From IMG/VR virus record IMGVR_UViG_3300023240_000010: a DNA stretch of 64,000 nucleotides, one strand, 5' to 3'. Positions 19,844-28,671 of this stretch are shown here, in pieces; within the stretch, counting starts at the first letter, position 1, and every line of letters begins with the position of its first letter. The notes beneath the pieces were generated by a model that did no database searches, had not been told where the DNA came from, and saw only the letters and a list, made by a program, of their open reading frames with translations. Made by a program: the position numbers and the translations under genes. The DNA is from a virus.

Positions 19844-21075
19844 TAAAAGTCCTCTCTTGCGACCATAAGTTTATCAAGTGCTTTAACTTCTTGAAACGAT
19901 AACGCTATATCTACTTCGATGAAATTGCCATCTTGTAGAAGTCCATTACCGGTGGCATTGTATGATGTCTGAACATCTCGTAGATAACATCTTTGTATTT
20001 TTGAGGCAGCATTACCGCCCAACTGATTCTTAACATCAATAGAAAAGACATTAGGAAACTTATATGCAATAGGAATTTTGTTGTCACCAAAAGTTAACAT
20101 CTCAGGATACAACTCTTGTCTAAAGAACTTGACGATGCTCTTAATCTCTTCCGCTTCTGCGGCGCTGTTAGCAATCAATTTAAATGCAAACGCAAACTGT
20201 CGAATCTGAACTTCTTTGAACAAAGTTCTTTGATTAGGTGCAGAAGCAATACGTGTTGCATTCTTGACAGCATCACCCAGACCCTCTGTTGCTCCGGCGC
20301 CAAGTACAGCACCGCCTAAAGCACCGCCTGCTAATTTACCAATCAGCGCGCCGACTCCAGCGCCCGATGCTTTTGCGACTGCTTGTGCGGCAAGTGCAGA
20401 GGCAGCAGTACTGAATGAACCGTCTCCTTTAGTAGCACCTTCGAATGGATTTTTACCACCAATTGCACCTGATAATCCAGCACCTAGTGCGCCAATAGCA
20501 GGACTCTCGTATACTACGTTATCAGAGAAACGTAAGTCACGTTGCAGAGGTAGTAGAACACTACCTACATCTTCGCCGGATTGCGTATTCTCGTATGATT
20601 GAAGTTGATTAGATAATCCAGAAAGATTATTTCTTTGCTCTTGAAGTTGTGCTGGAGTCATATCTTGTTCTGATTCAGAAACTTCGGAGTCAAGAACAGG
20701 TTTGCGGGTAAGTCTGTTATACAAACCTTTCATCTCTTTAGAAAGATCGATACCGTCTATTTTTATAGCAGTGAATAGAATAGTGCCAGGATATCCTTTG
20801 CCGCTCGTAGGCATTGACAGTGGGTATTTAAACCTGCGCGACTTGTCCTCTTCGAACATAGAAGGATTTTCTGCTATGTCAGCGACATTAGCAACTTCTT
20901 CATAAATGACTTTCGTCTTTGACTCCGCAGCAGGCGCACCACTTTCGTAGAATCTAAAGTTACTACTAGTAGGATCAGGTATGTTCTGCGACTTAGCAAT
21001 CTCTGCCGCTTGTACATTTGCCGCTGCCGCTGCCGCTTGCTTTTGCGCCTGTCTCTGTTGTCCTCGACTTGCCAT
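19843..21075 (-). CDS. gp48: Baseplate tail-tube cap gp48
   Basis: PNQRTLFKEVQIRQFAFAFKL...EAEEIKSIVKFFR...CYLRDVQTSYN...LSFQE motifs. Confidence 0.82.
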   Translation of the reverse strand: MASRGQQRQAQKQAAAAAANVQAAEIAKSQNIPDPTSSNFRFYESGAPAAESKTKVIYEEVANVADIAENPSMFEEDKSRRFKYPLSMPTSGKGYPGTILFTAIKIDGIDLSKEMKGLYNRLTRKPVLDSEVSESEQDMTPAQLQEQRNNLSGLSNQLQSYENTQSGEDVGSVLLPLQRDLRFSDNVVYESPAIGALGAGLSGAIGGKNPFEGATKGDGSFSTAASALAAQAVAKASGAGVGALIGKLAGGALGGAVLGAGATEGLGDAVKNATRIASAPNQRTLFKEVQIRQFAFAFKLIANSAAEAEEIKSIVKFFRQELYPEMLTFGDNKIPIAYKFPNVFSIDVKNQLGGNAASKIQRCYLRDVQTSYNATGNGLLQDGNFIEVDIALSFQEVKALDKLMVAREDF

Positions 21076-21085
21076 TTTATTTCCT

Positions 21086-21116
21086 ACTAAATAGAGTTTC
21101 TTTAAGGTTATTTATA
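21086..21116. promoter_or_regulatory. Overlapping divergent late promoters: TATAAATA (- strand, 21109-21116) and ACTAAATA variant (+ strand, 21086-21093)
   Basis: Located between the divergent gp48 and gp4 starts; ACTAAATA recurs at 21636-21643 before gp2. Confidence 0.65.
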
Positions 21117-21125
21117 AGTATAATT

Positions 21126-21644
21126 ATGGCGTATTCTGGAAGATATAAAGTTAAAAACCCCGAAAAGTACAAAGGCGATTACAATAAAGTCGTTTATCGT
21201 TCTCTATGGGAGAAGTATGCATTCATGTGGGCAGATGATAACACCGATATTAAGTACTGGTCAAGCGAAGAGACTGTCATACCTTATCTGTATGAGGTTG
21301 ATATGCGATATCATCGATACTTCATGGACTTGAAGTTGACATACAAGAGTACCGGCAAGACTGTTCTGGTTGAAATCAAACCACACAAAGAACTGTCACC
21401 TCCTACAGGTTCACGTAAGACAAAGAGATACATCAATGAAGGTTTGACTTACATAAAGAATCAAAACAAATGGAAAGCGGCAGCATCGTATGCTAAGGAT
21501 AATGGTTGGGACTTTGTGATATGGACTGAGAATGAATTGACTGCAATGGGTATTATGCCTAAGTCTACTCAGAAAGCAACTCCAAAGAAAAGTATTAAAC
21601 CTTTAAAGAAAATGAAACCATACTCTAGGAAAAAGACTAAATAG
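21126..21644 (+). CDS. gp4: Head completion protein gp4 (TnsA-like nuclease fold)
   Basis: MAYSGRYKVKNPEKYKGD...YRSLWE...WSSEETVIPY...RYFMD...VEIKP...NQNKWKAA. The true start is the ATG at 21126, not 21018. Confidence 0.92.
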   Translation: MAYSGRYKVKNPEKYKGDYNKVVYRSLWEKYAFMWADDNTDIKYWSSEETVIPYLYEVDMRYHRYFMDLKLTYKSTGKTVLVEIKPHKELSPPTGSRKTKRYINEGLTYIKNQNKWKAAASYAKDNGWDFVIWTENELTAMGIMPKSTQKATPKKSIKPLKKMKPYSRKKTK

Positions 21645-21648
21645 AACT

Positions 21649-22248
21649 ATGAGCGAAATATTTAAAAAAGTAGAAGCAGAAGCGTTTCGTGCAGGCATTA
21701 CTCCTCGCACTAAAGAATCGCAGAACTGGTTTAGACGCAAGGTGCAGAATATGCGCGGTCTTAATCGGCGGGCATTAATGCGCGAAGAAGAACTAGAACA
21801 GCGAGGTCCTAATGTTGCGAAGCAGAAGAGCGGCATTGGAGACATGTACATGTACTTCTATGATGCTAAGAACAGAGCAACACTTCCATACTGGGATGCG
21901 TTTCCTCTGGTAATCATTGTTGGTCCTGCAAAGGGCGGGTTCTATGGTTTGAATCTTCATTACTTACCTATTGCATTAAGAGCAAGATTTCTTGATGAGT
22001 TAATGAAGGTCACAAACAATAAAGCATTCGATGAAACCACAAAGTTTCAGACTAAATATTCTATGCTTCAGAGAAGTGCGAAGATGAGATTCTTTAAACC
22101 TTGTTTCAAGCATTACTTAACATCTCAGATTGAAGGTCGTATGGCATACGTGCCACCACCTGAATGGGAGATCGCGACTTTCTTACCCACGGCACAATTC
22201 CAGGGCAACAAGGGTCAAGTATATAAAGATTCACGGAGTATGATCTAA
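21649..22248 (+). CDS. gp2: DNA end protector protein gp2
   Basis: MYMYFYDAK...LPYWDAFPLV...GLNLHYLP...PCFKHYL motifs. Confidence 0.9.
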   Translation: MSEIFKKVEAEAFRAGITPRTKESQNWFRRKVQNMRGLNRRALMREEELEQRGPNVAKQKSGIGDMYMYFYDAKNRATLPYWDAFPLVIIVGPAKGGFYGLNLHYLPIALRARFLDELMKVTNNKAFDETTKFQTKYSMLQRSAKMRFFKPCFKHYLTSQIEGRMAYVPPPEWEIATFLPTAQFQGNKGQVYKDSRSMI

Positions 22249-22979
22249 TGTTTAGACCAGGTAGTGTAGACGAATTTAAAAGTGTGTTTGGTGCTAAAGG
22301 AGGTGCGGCAAGACCCAACTTGTATCACGTTCTTTTGCCTCGTATGTCATCCCAATCGCCCAAAGATATGTCGTTTATGTGTACAAGTGTTACACTTCCC
22401 TCACGACAGATCAGTACTGTTGCACGAGAGATTGGCGCTGATATACAGCAAGTGGCATACGGGTTCATGAATCCAGAAGTCAGTATGACATTCAGAGTAA
22501 TGAATGATCAGGGCACACGAAGATACTTCGAAGAGTGGATGGATAGAATTATTATGCGTGTTGGTGATGCGGGCGAAGGAAGATACGTTGCTGGATATGC
22601 AGACTCATATTGCTTTCCTCTACACATCTATCAACTTCAAAAAGGATTCACTACACCTCTATTCAATGTCAGCAAAGATATTAATCTTGGTCCTATCTCT
22701 CTCAATCTTGATATAGATGTTGACGCAGGAACAAGCGGTTCAGCAAACTATCATTGGTTACTTGATCGTGCATTTCCTAAGTCGATTGTATACGAAACAT
22801 TTACGGATGCATCGCAGAATGAAATCAGTCAGTTCACTGTAGAGTTTACATACAAATCATGGCAGGGTCAATATATGGAATCCGCTGATAAGGGCAAAGT
22901 AGGAATCACAGCAACTGGTGCCGCATCAACAAATGCGGCAAGTAAAGTAACAAACAAGATATTCAAAGGACTAAATTAA
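22248..22979 (+). CDS. gp54: Baseplate tail-tube initiator gp54-like
   Basis: GGAARPNLYHV...CTSVTLPSR...YFEEWMDRI...AFPKSI...FTVEFTYKSW tube-fold motifs. Confidence 0.75.
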   Translation: MFRPGSVDEFKSVFGAKGGAARPNLYHVLLPRMSSQSPKDMSFMCTSVTLPSRQISTVAREIGADIQQVAYGFMNPEVSMTFRVMNDQGTRRYFEEWMDRIIMRVGDAGEGRYVAGYADSYCFPLHIYQLQKGFTTPLFNVSKDINLGPISLNLDIDVDAGTSGSANYHWLLDRAFPKSIVYETFTDASQNEISQFTVEFTYKSWQGQYMESADKGKVGITATGAASTNAASKVTNKIFKGLN

Positions 22980-23371
22980 ATATGGCATACAGTGAGAAGT
23001 TACTAGACCATTACGAGAATCCCCGAAACGTGGGAAAGATGGACGAACATGACAAGAACGTGGGCACTGGTATGGTAGGTGCTCCTGCGTGTGGTGATGT
23101 TATGAGACTACAGATAAGAGTAAGCGAAGAAGGAATAATAGAAGATGCTAAATTTAAAACCTATGGTTGTGGTTCTGCTATTGCTTCTAGTAGTCTGCTT
23201 ACTGAATGGGTCATTGGTCTGACCTTGGATAAAGCAAACACAATCAAGAATACAGAACTGGCAGAAGAGTTAGCATTACCTCCTGTTAAGATACATTGTT
23301 CCGTCCTAGCAGAAGACGCAATCAAGTCTGCTATCGCAGATTACAGAAATAAATAAAGAACTAAATTAAAT
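22965..23371 (+). repeat. 17-nt direct repeat flanking iscU (AAAGGACTAAATTAAAT 22965-22981; AAAGAACTAAATTAAAT 23355-23371)
   Basis: 16/17 identity read directly from the sequence. Confidence 0.7.
22982..23356 (+). CDS. iscU: Fe-S cluster scaffold IscU (auxiliary metabolic gene)
   Basis: MAYSEKLLDHYENPRNVG, GAPACGDVMRLQI, FKTYGCGSAIASSS and LPPVKIHCS; all three Cys ligands and the HscA-binding LPPVK motif are present. Confidence 0.97.
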   Translation: MAYSEKLLDHYENPRNVGKMDEHDKNVGTGMVGAPACGDVMRLQIRVSEEGIIEDAKFKTYGCGSAIASSSLLTEWVIGLTLDKANTIKNTELAEELALPPVKIHCSVLAEDAIKSAIADYRNK

Positions 23372-23389
23372 TATTAAGGAAGTTAAATA

Positions 23390-24085
23390 ATGGCATTACC
23401 ATCGTTAAATGATACACCCAAATATGAGTTGACAGTTCCATCATTGAAGAAGAAAGTAAAGTATAGACCTTACTTGGTCAAAGAAGAAAAGATTCTACTG
23501 TTAGCGTCGGAATCAAAAGATGTTACTCAGATAATGAACGCAGTACTCGATACAGTTATGGCATGTCTTGACGGTAATGCTATCAAACGAAATGAATTGA
23601 CAACATTTGATATTGAATATATGTTTCTTCAGATCAGAGCAAAGTCTGTTGGTGAAGTTGTTACATTAAATGTCGCGTGTTCTGATTGTGACCATGAAAA
23701 TGAGACTATTGTTGATATCGGTGAGATTGAATGTAAAGTTGGTAAGAAGAGTAACATTATAAAATTAAGTGATACTATCTCAGTAGAGATGATGTATCCA
23801 AGTTATTCGATGGTCGACTTCAGTGAAGATGAGTCACAAGCAGGATTCAGTGTTCTTGGTAAGTGTATGAAGACTGTTATTACTGAAGAAGAACGAATCG
23901 TAATGGCAGACGAATCAACAGAGAGTATTGATGCGTTTATTGATTCGATGACACAACAGCAGTTCGAAATGGTGTCATCCTATTTAAAAGATATGCCTTC
24001 AGTTAAGCATGAAGTTAAGTTTGACTGTGAAAAATGTGGTACACATAATAATGTTGTACTGGAGGGAATGCAGAGTTTTTTCTAG
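23390..24085 (+). CDS. gp26: Baseplate hub subunit / assembly chaperone gp26
   Basis: MALP...PKYELTVPS...YRPYLVKEEKILLLA...FDIEYMFLQIRAKSVGE, two CxxC pairs, ends GMQSFF. Confidence 0.9.
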   Translation: MALPSLNDTPKYELTVPSLKKKVKYRPYLVKEEKILLLASESKDVTQIMNAVLDTVMACLDGNAIKRNELTTFDIEYMFLQIRAKSVGEVVTLNVACSDCDHENETIVDIGEIECKVGKKSNIIKLSDTISVEMMYPSYSMVDFSEDESQAGFSVLGKCMKTVITEEERIVMADESTESIDAFIDSMTQQQFEMVSSYLKDMPSVKHEVKFDCEKCGTHNNVVLEGMQSFF

Positions 24086-24276
24086 TATGCCTGTCTCACG
24101 ACAATCTAGCAAATCATTTTAAGACTAATTTTTTGCTATCCAGGTATCATAAGTATTCATTAACAGAGTTAGAGTTTATGATACCCTGGGAGAGAGAGGT
24201 ACACTTGATACTGTTAATGCAAACCTTAGAAGAAGAGAAACAAGAGAGAGAAAGTAATGGCGCAAACACTGGATGA
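24076..24276 (+). CDS. gp51: gp51-like hub assembly segment in the -1 frame of gp26, probably reached by ribosomal frameshift
   Basis: The -1 frame reads FFLVCLSHDNLANHFKTNFLLSRYHKYSLTELEFMIPWEREVHLILLMQTLEEEKQERESNGANTG*. There is no in-frame ATG before the conserved part, and T TTT TTC lies at 24076-24082. Confidence 0.8.
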   Translation, partial: FFLVCLSHDNLANHFKTNFLLSRYHKYSLTELEFMIPWEREVHLILLMQTLEEEKQERESNGANTG

Positions 24277-25615
24277 CGTAGTACTAGAACAGATGCAGAC
24301 TAACGAAACCCTTCAACGGGTTGATCGTAGACTCGATAATTTTATTACGCTTTGGTTTAGTAATAAAATGGACGAGATGGAAATGATGCGCGAGAGAATC
24401 TCTGTGCCTGCTCCTACCGCACCTGCAGAAAATACTAAACCAGAAAAAAGTACTGAAGGACTAGGATTTGGATTTGCTGCAATGGTCGCAGGTCTTACTG
24501 GTGCAGTTATTGGTTTCACATCTGGATTTGTTACGACTCTCAACAATATGTTAAAGTTCATTAAGATTGATCTTGGCAAAGTGTTTCTTAAATGGGGTAA
24601 TTCGTTTAAAGCAATCTTCTCAGCGGATGGAGCAATCGGTAAAGCAGTGTCAAAGGTAGGAACTTTCTTTAAACCTATGCTTGACTTCTTTGGCAGAATA
24701 GGCAAATTCTTTTCTGGTGGAGGAGTGCTACAGAAAGTCTTCGCTTCAATAGGAAAGTTCTTTCAACCTATCGCAACTTTTGTTGGTAAGTTTGGCGCAA
24801 CATTCGCCAAGTTCTTTGGTTTCTTTAGAGTGTTAGGTAGAATATTTCTTCCTATTACTGTGGCAATCGAAGTAATATCAGCACTCTTTAAAGAGATGAG
24901 TAGTCTCGATGTAGGTGCAACTGTTGTAGATAAGATTCAAGCATTCTCGAAAGGCATATTGAAGGGTCTAATTAACGTAGTTATGATTCCGCTTGATATG
25001 ATTATAAATGGTATTGCTTGGTTATCGAAGAAGATGTTCGGAGATACTAGTTTTTCTAAAGCACTCGAAGGTTTCTCTTTGTCTACTATGTTTAATGACA
25101 TTGTTGACTGGATAGGAAATTTATTAAAAGCAGTTGGTCACAGTACAATGGCAGCACTCAGAGCATTAGTGACTCCTGGAGCATCTTCTACTGACGCATT
25201 TAAGAAAGAATTTGCTAGTATAATGAGTGGTGCAGGACCTACATCACCTGCCGAAAACGCAGTTGCGGTTTCTAGCGGCGGTGCTGGTGCGAGAAATCAA
25301 CGCAGAATAGGTCAAGCAAATAGTAGAACTACTCTTGCAGAGATGAGTCAAGAAGGTCTTGCTAAAGCGGGTGTTACTGCTCAAGATAAATCTGTCGCCG
25401 AGAGACTGAGCAAGTCTACTATGCGAGATGAAATCAGTGGTCAGATTGGCAAAGAATCATTAGCAGTCGCTGGTAACGCAACAGTCAATATCACAAATGT
25501 TAATAATGTCAATGCTCCTACAACAACACAGAACAATGTACAAACTTCTAGTAGCGAATCTATGCTTGGTAATCCTACTAGCAATCGCCGTCGCAACAGA
25601 TATCAGACTGGTTAA
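24257..25615 (+). CDS. Tape-measure-like protein (gp29 position)
   Basis: Gly/Ala/Phe-rich amphipathic helices and a VNAPTT C-terminal motif; immediately after gp26/gp51. Confidence 0.65.
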   Translation: MAQTLDDVVLEQMQTNETLQRVDRRLDNFITLWFSNKMDEMEMMRERISVPAPTAPAENTKPEKSTEGLGFGFAAMVAGLTGAVIGFTSGFVTTLNNMLKFIKIDLGKVFLKWGNSFKAIFSADGAIGKAVSKVGTFFKPMLDFFGRIGKFFSGGGVLQKVFASIGKFFQPIATFVGKFGATFAKFFGFFRVLGRIFLPITVAIEVISALFKEMSSLDVGATVVDKIQAFSKGILKGLINVVMIPLDMIINGIAWLSKKMFGDTSFSKALEGFSLSTMFNDIVDWIGNLLKAVGHSTMAALRALVTPGASSTDAFKKEFASIMSGAGPTSPAENAVAVSSGGAGARNQRRIGQANSRTTLAEMSQEGLAKAGVTAQDKSVAERLSKSTMRDEISGQIGKESLAVAGNATVNITNVNNVNAPTTTQNNVQTSSSESMLGNPTSNRRRNRYQTG

Positions 25616-25616
25616 T

Positions 25617-25644
25617 AAAAAAAGGGACGCTTTCGCGTCCCCTT
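25617..25644 (-). terminator. Rho-independent terminator (GGGACGC-GAAA-GCGTCCC + T-run), possibly bidirectional
   Basis: Perfect 7-bp GC stem at 25624-25641 between convergent genes, with a U-tract on the - strand. Confidence 0.85.
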
Positions 25645-25697
25645 AGTTTCATCTTCGACCGGGTTACTCCCAAATATAACGTCTTATGAAGTTGACG

Positions 25698-26597
25698 TTA
25701 TTCTGTCGCCGCTAGTTTAGCGAAGTAAGACATCGTGTCGTCTTCGTCTTCAGCGGCACTAGGCATGACAGGAGCAGGTGCTTCACGTACAGGCGCAGGC
25801 GCTTCATTAGTATCTAATGCTACAGTCTGTGCAATAGTGCGAGGCGCTTTTTCACCAAGAACAAGAGCAAGACGAGCAGATAACTCTTCGTATGTCTTGT
25901 AGGCAGAAGGATCAGAGAACTCGCTCAAGTCATAAACAGTTTCATATAACTGCTCAAGTTGATCATCATCACCGCCCATTAGAGGTGCTGGCGAAGAGAA
26001 CTCAGATTTATCATAGTTACGATACCCTTCAACTTGACGAATCTTCAGTTTAAAGTCTGCACCTTCCCAGAAGTCGAATGGGTTAACTGGTTTCTCATCA
26101 GCGAACTGTGGTTGCATAACATCCATGATCTTATCGAAGATTTTCTTACCATAAGTGTACATGAATACTTTGCCTTCATTGGCAGGATTAGATGGATCAC
26201 TAACCACTAGTACATTTGATACATAGTGCAAACGGCGCTTACGATCACGAACAATTGCTTTGTTATCATCAGTACCTGTGTTCCATAGGATACTGTTTGC
26301 TTCTGATACTGGATCTTGTTGACCAATAGAAGTCAAAGATTTCTCGATGAACCATTGACCAGTAGGACCCTTAAACCCGTGATCCCAATAGCGAACCCAA
26401 GGAGTTTCACATGTTTCAGGAGCAGGGAGAAAACGAAGTACAGCATAACCATTGCCTGCTTTATCAACAGTTGGTTTCCACTGACGTTCATCTTTATAGG
26501 ATTTCTTTGCGTCTCCACCACCGCCTGAACCAGCACCAGCGGCACTGACAAGATCGGAGATTGAGTTACGGTTGCGTTTTAGATTTGCGAATGACAT
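25698..26597 (-). CDS. gp32: Single-stranded DNA-binding protein gp32
   Basis: MSFANLKR, DERQWKPTVDKAGNGYAVLRFLP, NPFDFWEGADFKLKIR and acidic tail YFAKLA. Confidence 0.96.
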   Translation of the reverse strand: MSFANLKRNRNSISDLVSAAGAGSGGGGDAKKSYKDERQWKPTVDKAGNGYAVLRFLPAPETCETPWVRYWDHGFKGPTGQWFIEKSLTSIGQQDPVSEANSILWNTGTDDNKAIVRDRKRRLHYVSNVLVVSDPSNPANEGKVFMYTYGKKIFDKIMDVMQPQFADEKPVNPFDFWEGADFKLKIRQVEGYRNYDKSEFSSPAPLMGGDDDQLEQLYETVYDLSEFSDPSAYKTYEELSARLALVLGEKAPRTIAQTVALDTNEAPAPVREAPAPVMPSAAEDEDDTMSYFAKLAATE

Positions 26598-26686
26598 ATT
26601 TATTTACCTTTAGTATTATTACAGAGTATAGTTTCTAGTATGGTGTTGCTTTTTGTGTCCACTTGTATTTCATAATGTACTTGTAT

Positions 26687-26715
26687 ATAGTAACATAATA
26701 ACTTACAGAAGTCAA
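26687..26715 (-). promoter_or_regulatory. sigma70-type promoter TTGACT-N17-TACTAT (extended -10) for gp32
   Basis: Read directly from the sequence. Confidence 0.75.
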
Positions 26716-26724
26716 CCTTTTCTT

Positions 26725-26961
26725 TCATAGTGGCAAAGTATTTTGCCTTGGTAAATAATTTAGAGACATTGCTTCTGCCTCAATTTTGTTCTTGATGACA
26801 GGCGAGATGTACTTCTTACAATCTTCTACTTCCATGTTGTTGTTCTCACAAATCGCTACTACTGCATCCATATAGGGTTGTTGCTTCTCGCGCACCCAAT
26901 CTTCTACCATCTTAGTGAAGCGACTCTTTGTCATCATCATACTACTTTCAAGTTTCATCAT
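26725..26961 (-). CDS. gp33: Late-promoter transcription co-activator gp33
   Basis: FTKMVE...YMDAVVAICENN...ISPVIKNKIEAEAMSLNYL; the exact Met start is uncertain. Confidence 0.85.
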   Translation of the reverse strand: MMKLESSMMMTKSRFTKMVEDWVREKQQPYMDAVVAICENNNMEVEDCKKYISPVIKNKIEAEAMSLNYLPRQNTLPL

Positions 26962-27700
26962 TATTATAATAACCTTCCATTTCTTCAGTCCATACACCAC
27001 CAACATCTAAGTAGTGAATACCAATAGTTCTTTTCTGTGTACCGTCTGCATGGTATGCTGGCGAAACACATACAGCGACTTGCTTGAACTCGCGCTTTTC
27101 GCCATAGTGCGAATCTAACCACACTCCTGATCTGACATAGGCGTTGAGATTGTAGAGATAAGTTTCCATTGTACGATACTGACTACGTATCGTAGAATCA
27201 GAAGACTCTTGATAGTTTTTACTCGCCTTCAGAAACGCCTTAGTCTCTGCTATCCATTCCTTCACTTTCGGGTAATACAATGCATGGTCTTCATCTTTAT
27301 CAAGCACTGATGCATGAATCGCAGGATCACTAGCAATTCTATCTTTCAGTTGTTGTGCTTTCTCAAGCAAAGGTAGAAGATTCTTCTTAATTGAAGTTTC
27401 AACAGTATCGGGCATATATCCCAATCGAATTGCTTTCCAACCATGCTTTGCAAATGGCAACATGAACGTATCAGGCAATAGGGCACTTTGCTCTGCCATA
27501 TTCCAGTTACTACCGCGCACCCACTTCTTCATAGAGTGAAGGTATTCTTTATCAGTCACTTCAGCATGAACGAATTGTTCGCATTCAGTCCACGCTGCCA
27601 TGCGCTTCTCTTCTGTATTCGCCTTCTCAAGTTTCTCCCAGTTAGGAGCAGGTACCAAAGTTTTCTTAGGTTTTGGTGTAAACTTCGCCTTCTTTGCCAT
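26948..27700 (-). CDS. Hypothetical protein
   Basis: 250-aa ORF coupled to both neighbours. Confidence 0.7.
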   Translation of the reverse strand: MAKKAKFTPKPKKTLVPAPNWEKLEKANTEEKRMAAWTECEQFVHAEVTDKEYLHSMKKWVRGSNWNMAEQSALLPDTFMLPFAKHGWKAIRLGYMPDTVETSIKKNLLPLLEKAQQLKDRIASDPAIHASVLDKDEDHALYYPKVKEWIAETKAFLKASKNYQESSDSTIRSQYRTMETYLYNLNAYVRSGVWLDSHYGEKREFKQVAVCVSPAYHADGTQKRTIGIHYLDVGGVWTEEMEGYYNNDET

Positions 27701-28251
27701 TAATTAACTCTCCACCATTCTGGGATATTTCTCTTTGTCCATACTGCGAAATCACGCTTCGCTTCTCTGTAGTAGTTACGATACGATGTTAATGAATCTC
27801 CTTCTACTATGCAATGCTTGTGTGAACCCATAGCAGGAGTAGGTTGTGTGAACCCATCCGTAGGTATGTTTGCTGGTGGAACTAAGAGATAGTACTCTAA
27901 TTTAACAAACGACAGATGCTTCTTGCCATAACGTCTTTCAAACTCAAAACATAATGCAATCCACATATCATACAACCACTGATAATTCTGTACTGATTTT
28001 CTGCACCAGATAGACGATGGATGATTGATGTGTGTTGCTTTATACAGCGTATGATTCATGGCAGAGTCTGGGTGGAAGTACCTAGCAATCTTACGACCAT
28101 TAGTTGTTCTACCGTTCCAGAATTCGCCATCAATACATCTTTGTGCAGTCGATAACAGTTGTGCATACTCTACACACATCTTTACCACGTGCTTGTCGTT
28201 GTGCTGTTCAGCACATATTACAGGATCTTGATGTAAATAGAATATATTAAT
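27700..28251 (-). CDS. Pyrimidine-dimer DNA glycosylase-like (DenV family) protein with an ATT start codon
   Basis: [ATT]NIFYLHQDPVICAEQHNDKHVVKMCVEYAQLLST...YKATHINHPSSIW; GGAG lies 7 nt before the ATT at 28251. Confidence 0.8.
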   Translation of the reverse strand: MNIFYLHQDPVICAEQHNDKHVVKMCVEYAQLLSTAQRCIDGEFWNGRTTNGRKIARYFHPDSAMNHTLYKATHINHPSSIWCRKSVQNYQWLYDMWIALCFEFERRYGKKHLSFVKLEYYLLVPPANIPTDGFTQPTPAMGSHKHCIVEGDSLTSYRNYYREAKRDFAVWTKRNIPEWWRVN

Positions 28252-28327
28252 GTTATTTCTCCAACTGTTTTTGTTTTGCTACTTTATAAATCTCGCCTAA
28301 CAATTCTTTTTCTTTGCTAGTTAGACT

Positions 28328-28356
28328 ATTATACAAGGACTTTGACCGTTTGTCAA
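28328..28356 (-). promoter_or_regulatory. Perfect sigma70 promoter TTGACA-N17-TATAAT
   Basis: Read directly from the sequence. Confidence 0.9.
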
Positions 28357-28395
28357 CCTTTCCTACTTTACGAAACAATTTCGCTTTCTTTGAAT

Positions 28396-28671
28396 TCACA
28401 GAATGATGCCGCTTACTGCTGTACGATACGCTTTCTCAAACTCTGCGTTGGTTGGTGTTACATAAACATAATCTTTGAAACGAACAGTATTGACATTCTC
28501 AATACCAGTCATGCAAATACCACGAGCGAAACCAACACCTTCATCACCAGCAATCAACATACGAGGATCATCTAACGTCAACCCACCGTCTGCATGATTC
28601 TGATTGTACTTGCCCATATACTCTCCTGAAAGAGTTACTACACTTACTACATCACCTTTAACAAAACTCAT
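28396..28671 (-). CDS. Small conserved phage protein, possibly Sm/LSm-like fold
   Basis: GDVVSVVTLSGEYMGK...LTLDDPRML beta pattern; ends SGIIL. Confidence 0.6.
   Translation of the reverse strand: MSFVKGDVVSVVTLSGEYMGKYNQNHADGGLTLDDPRMLIAGDEGVGFARGICMTGIENVNTVRFKDYVYVTPTNAEFEKAYRTAVSGIIL

Noticed and set aside
21018-21125. N-terminal extension of gp4 given in the track
   Set aside because: It overlaps the divergent gp48 start and promoters; homology begins at MAYSG (21126).
24087-24122. ATG right after the gp26 stop as the gp51 start
   Set aside because: It is in the wrong frame and gives only an 11-aa peptide.
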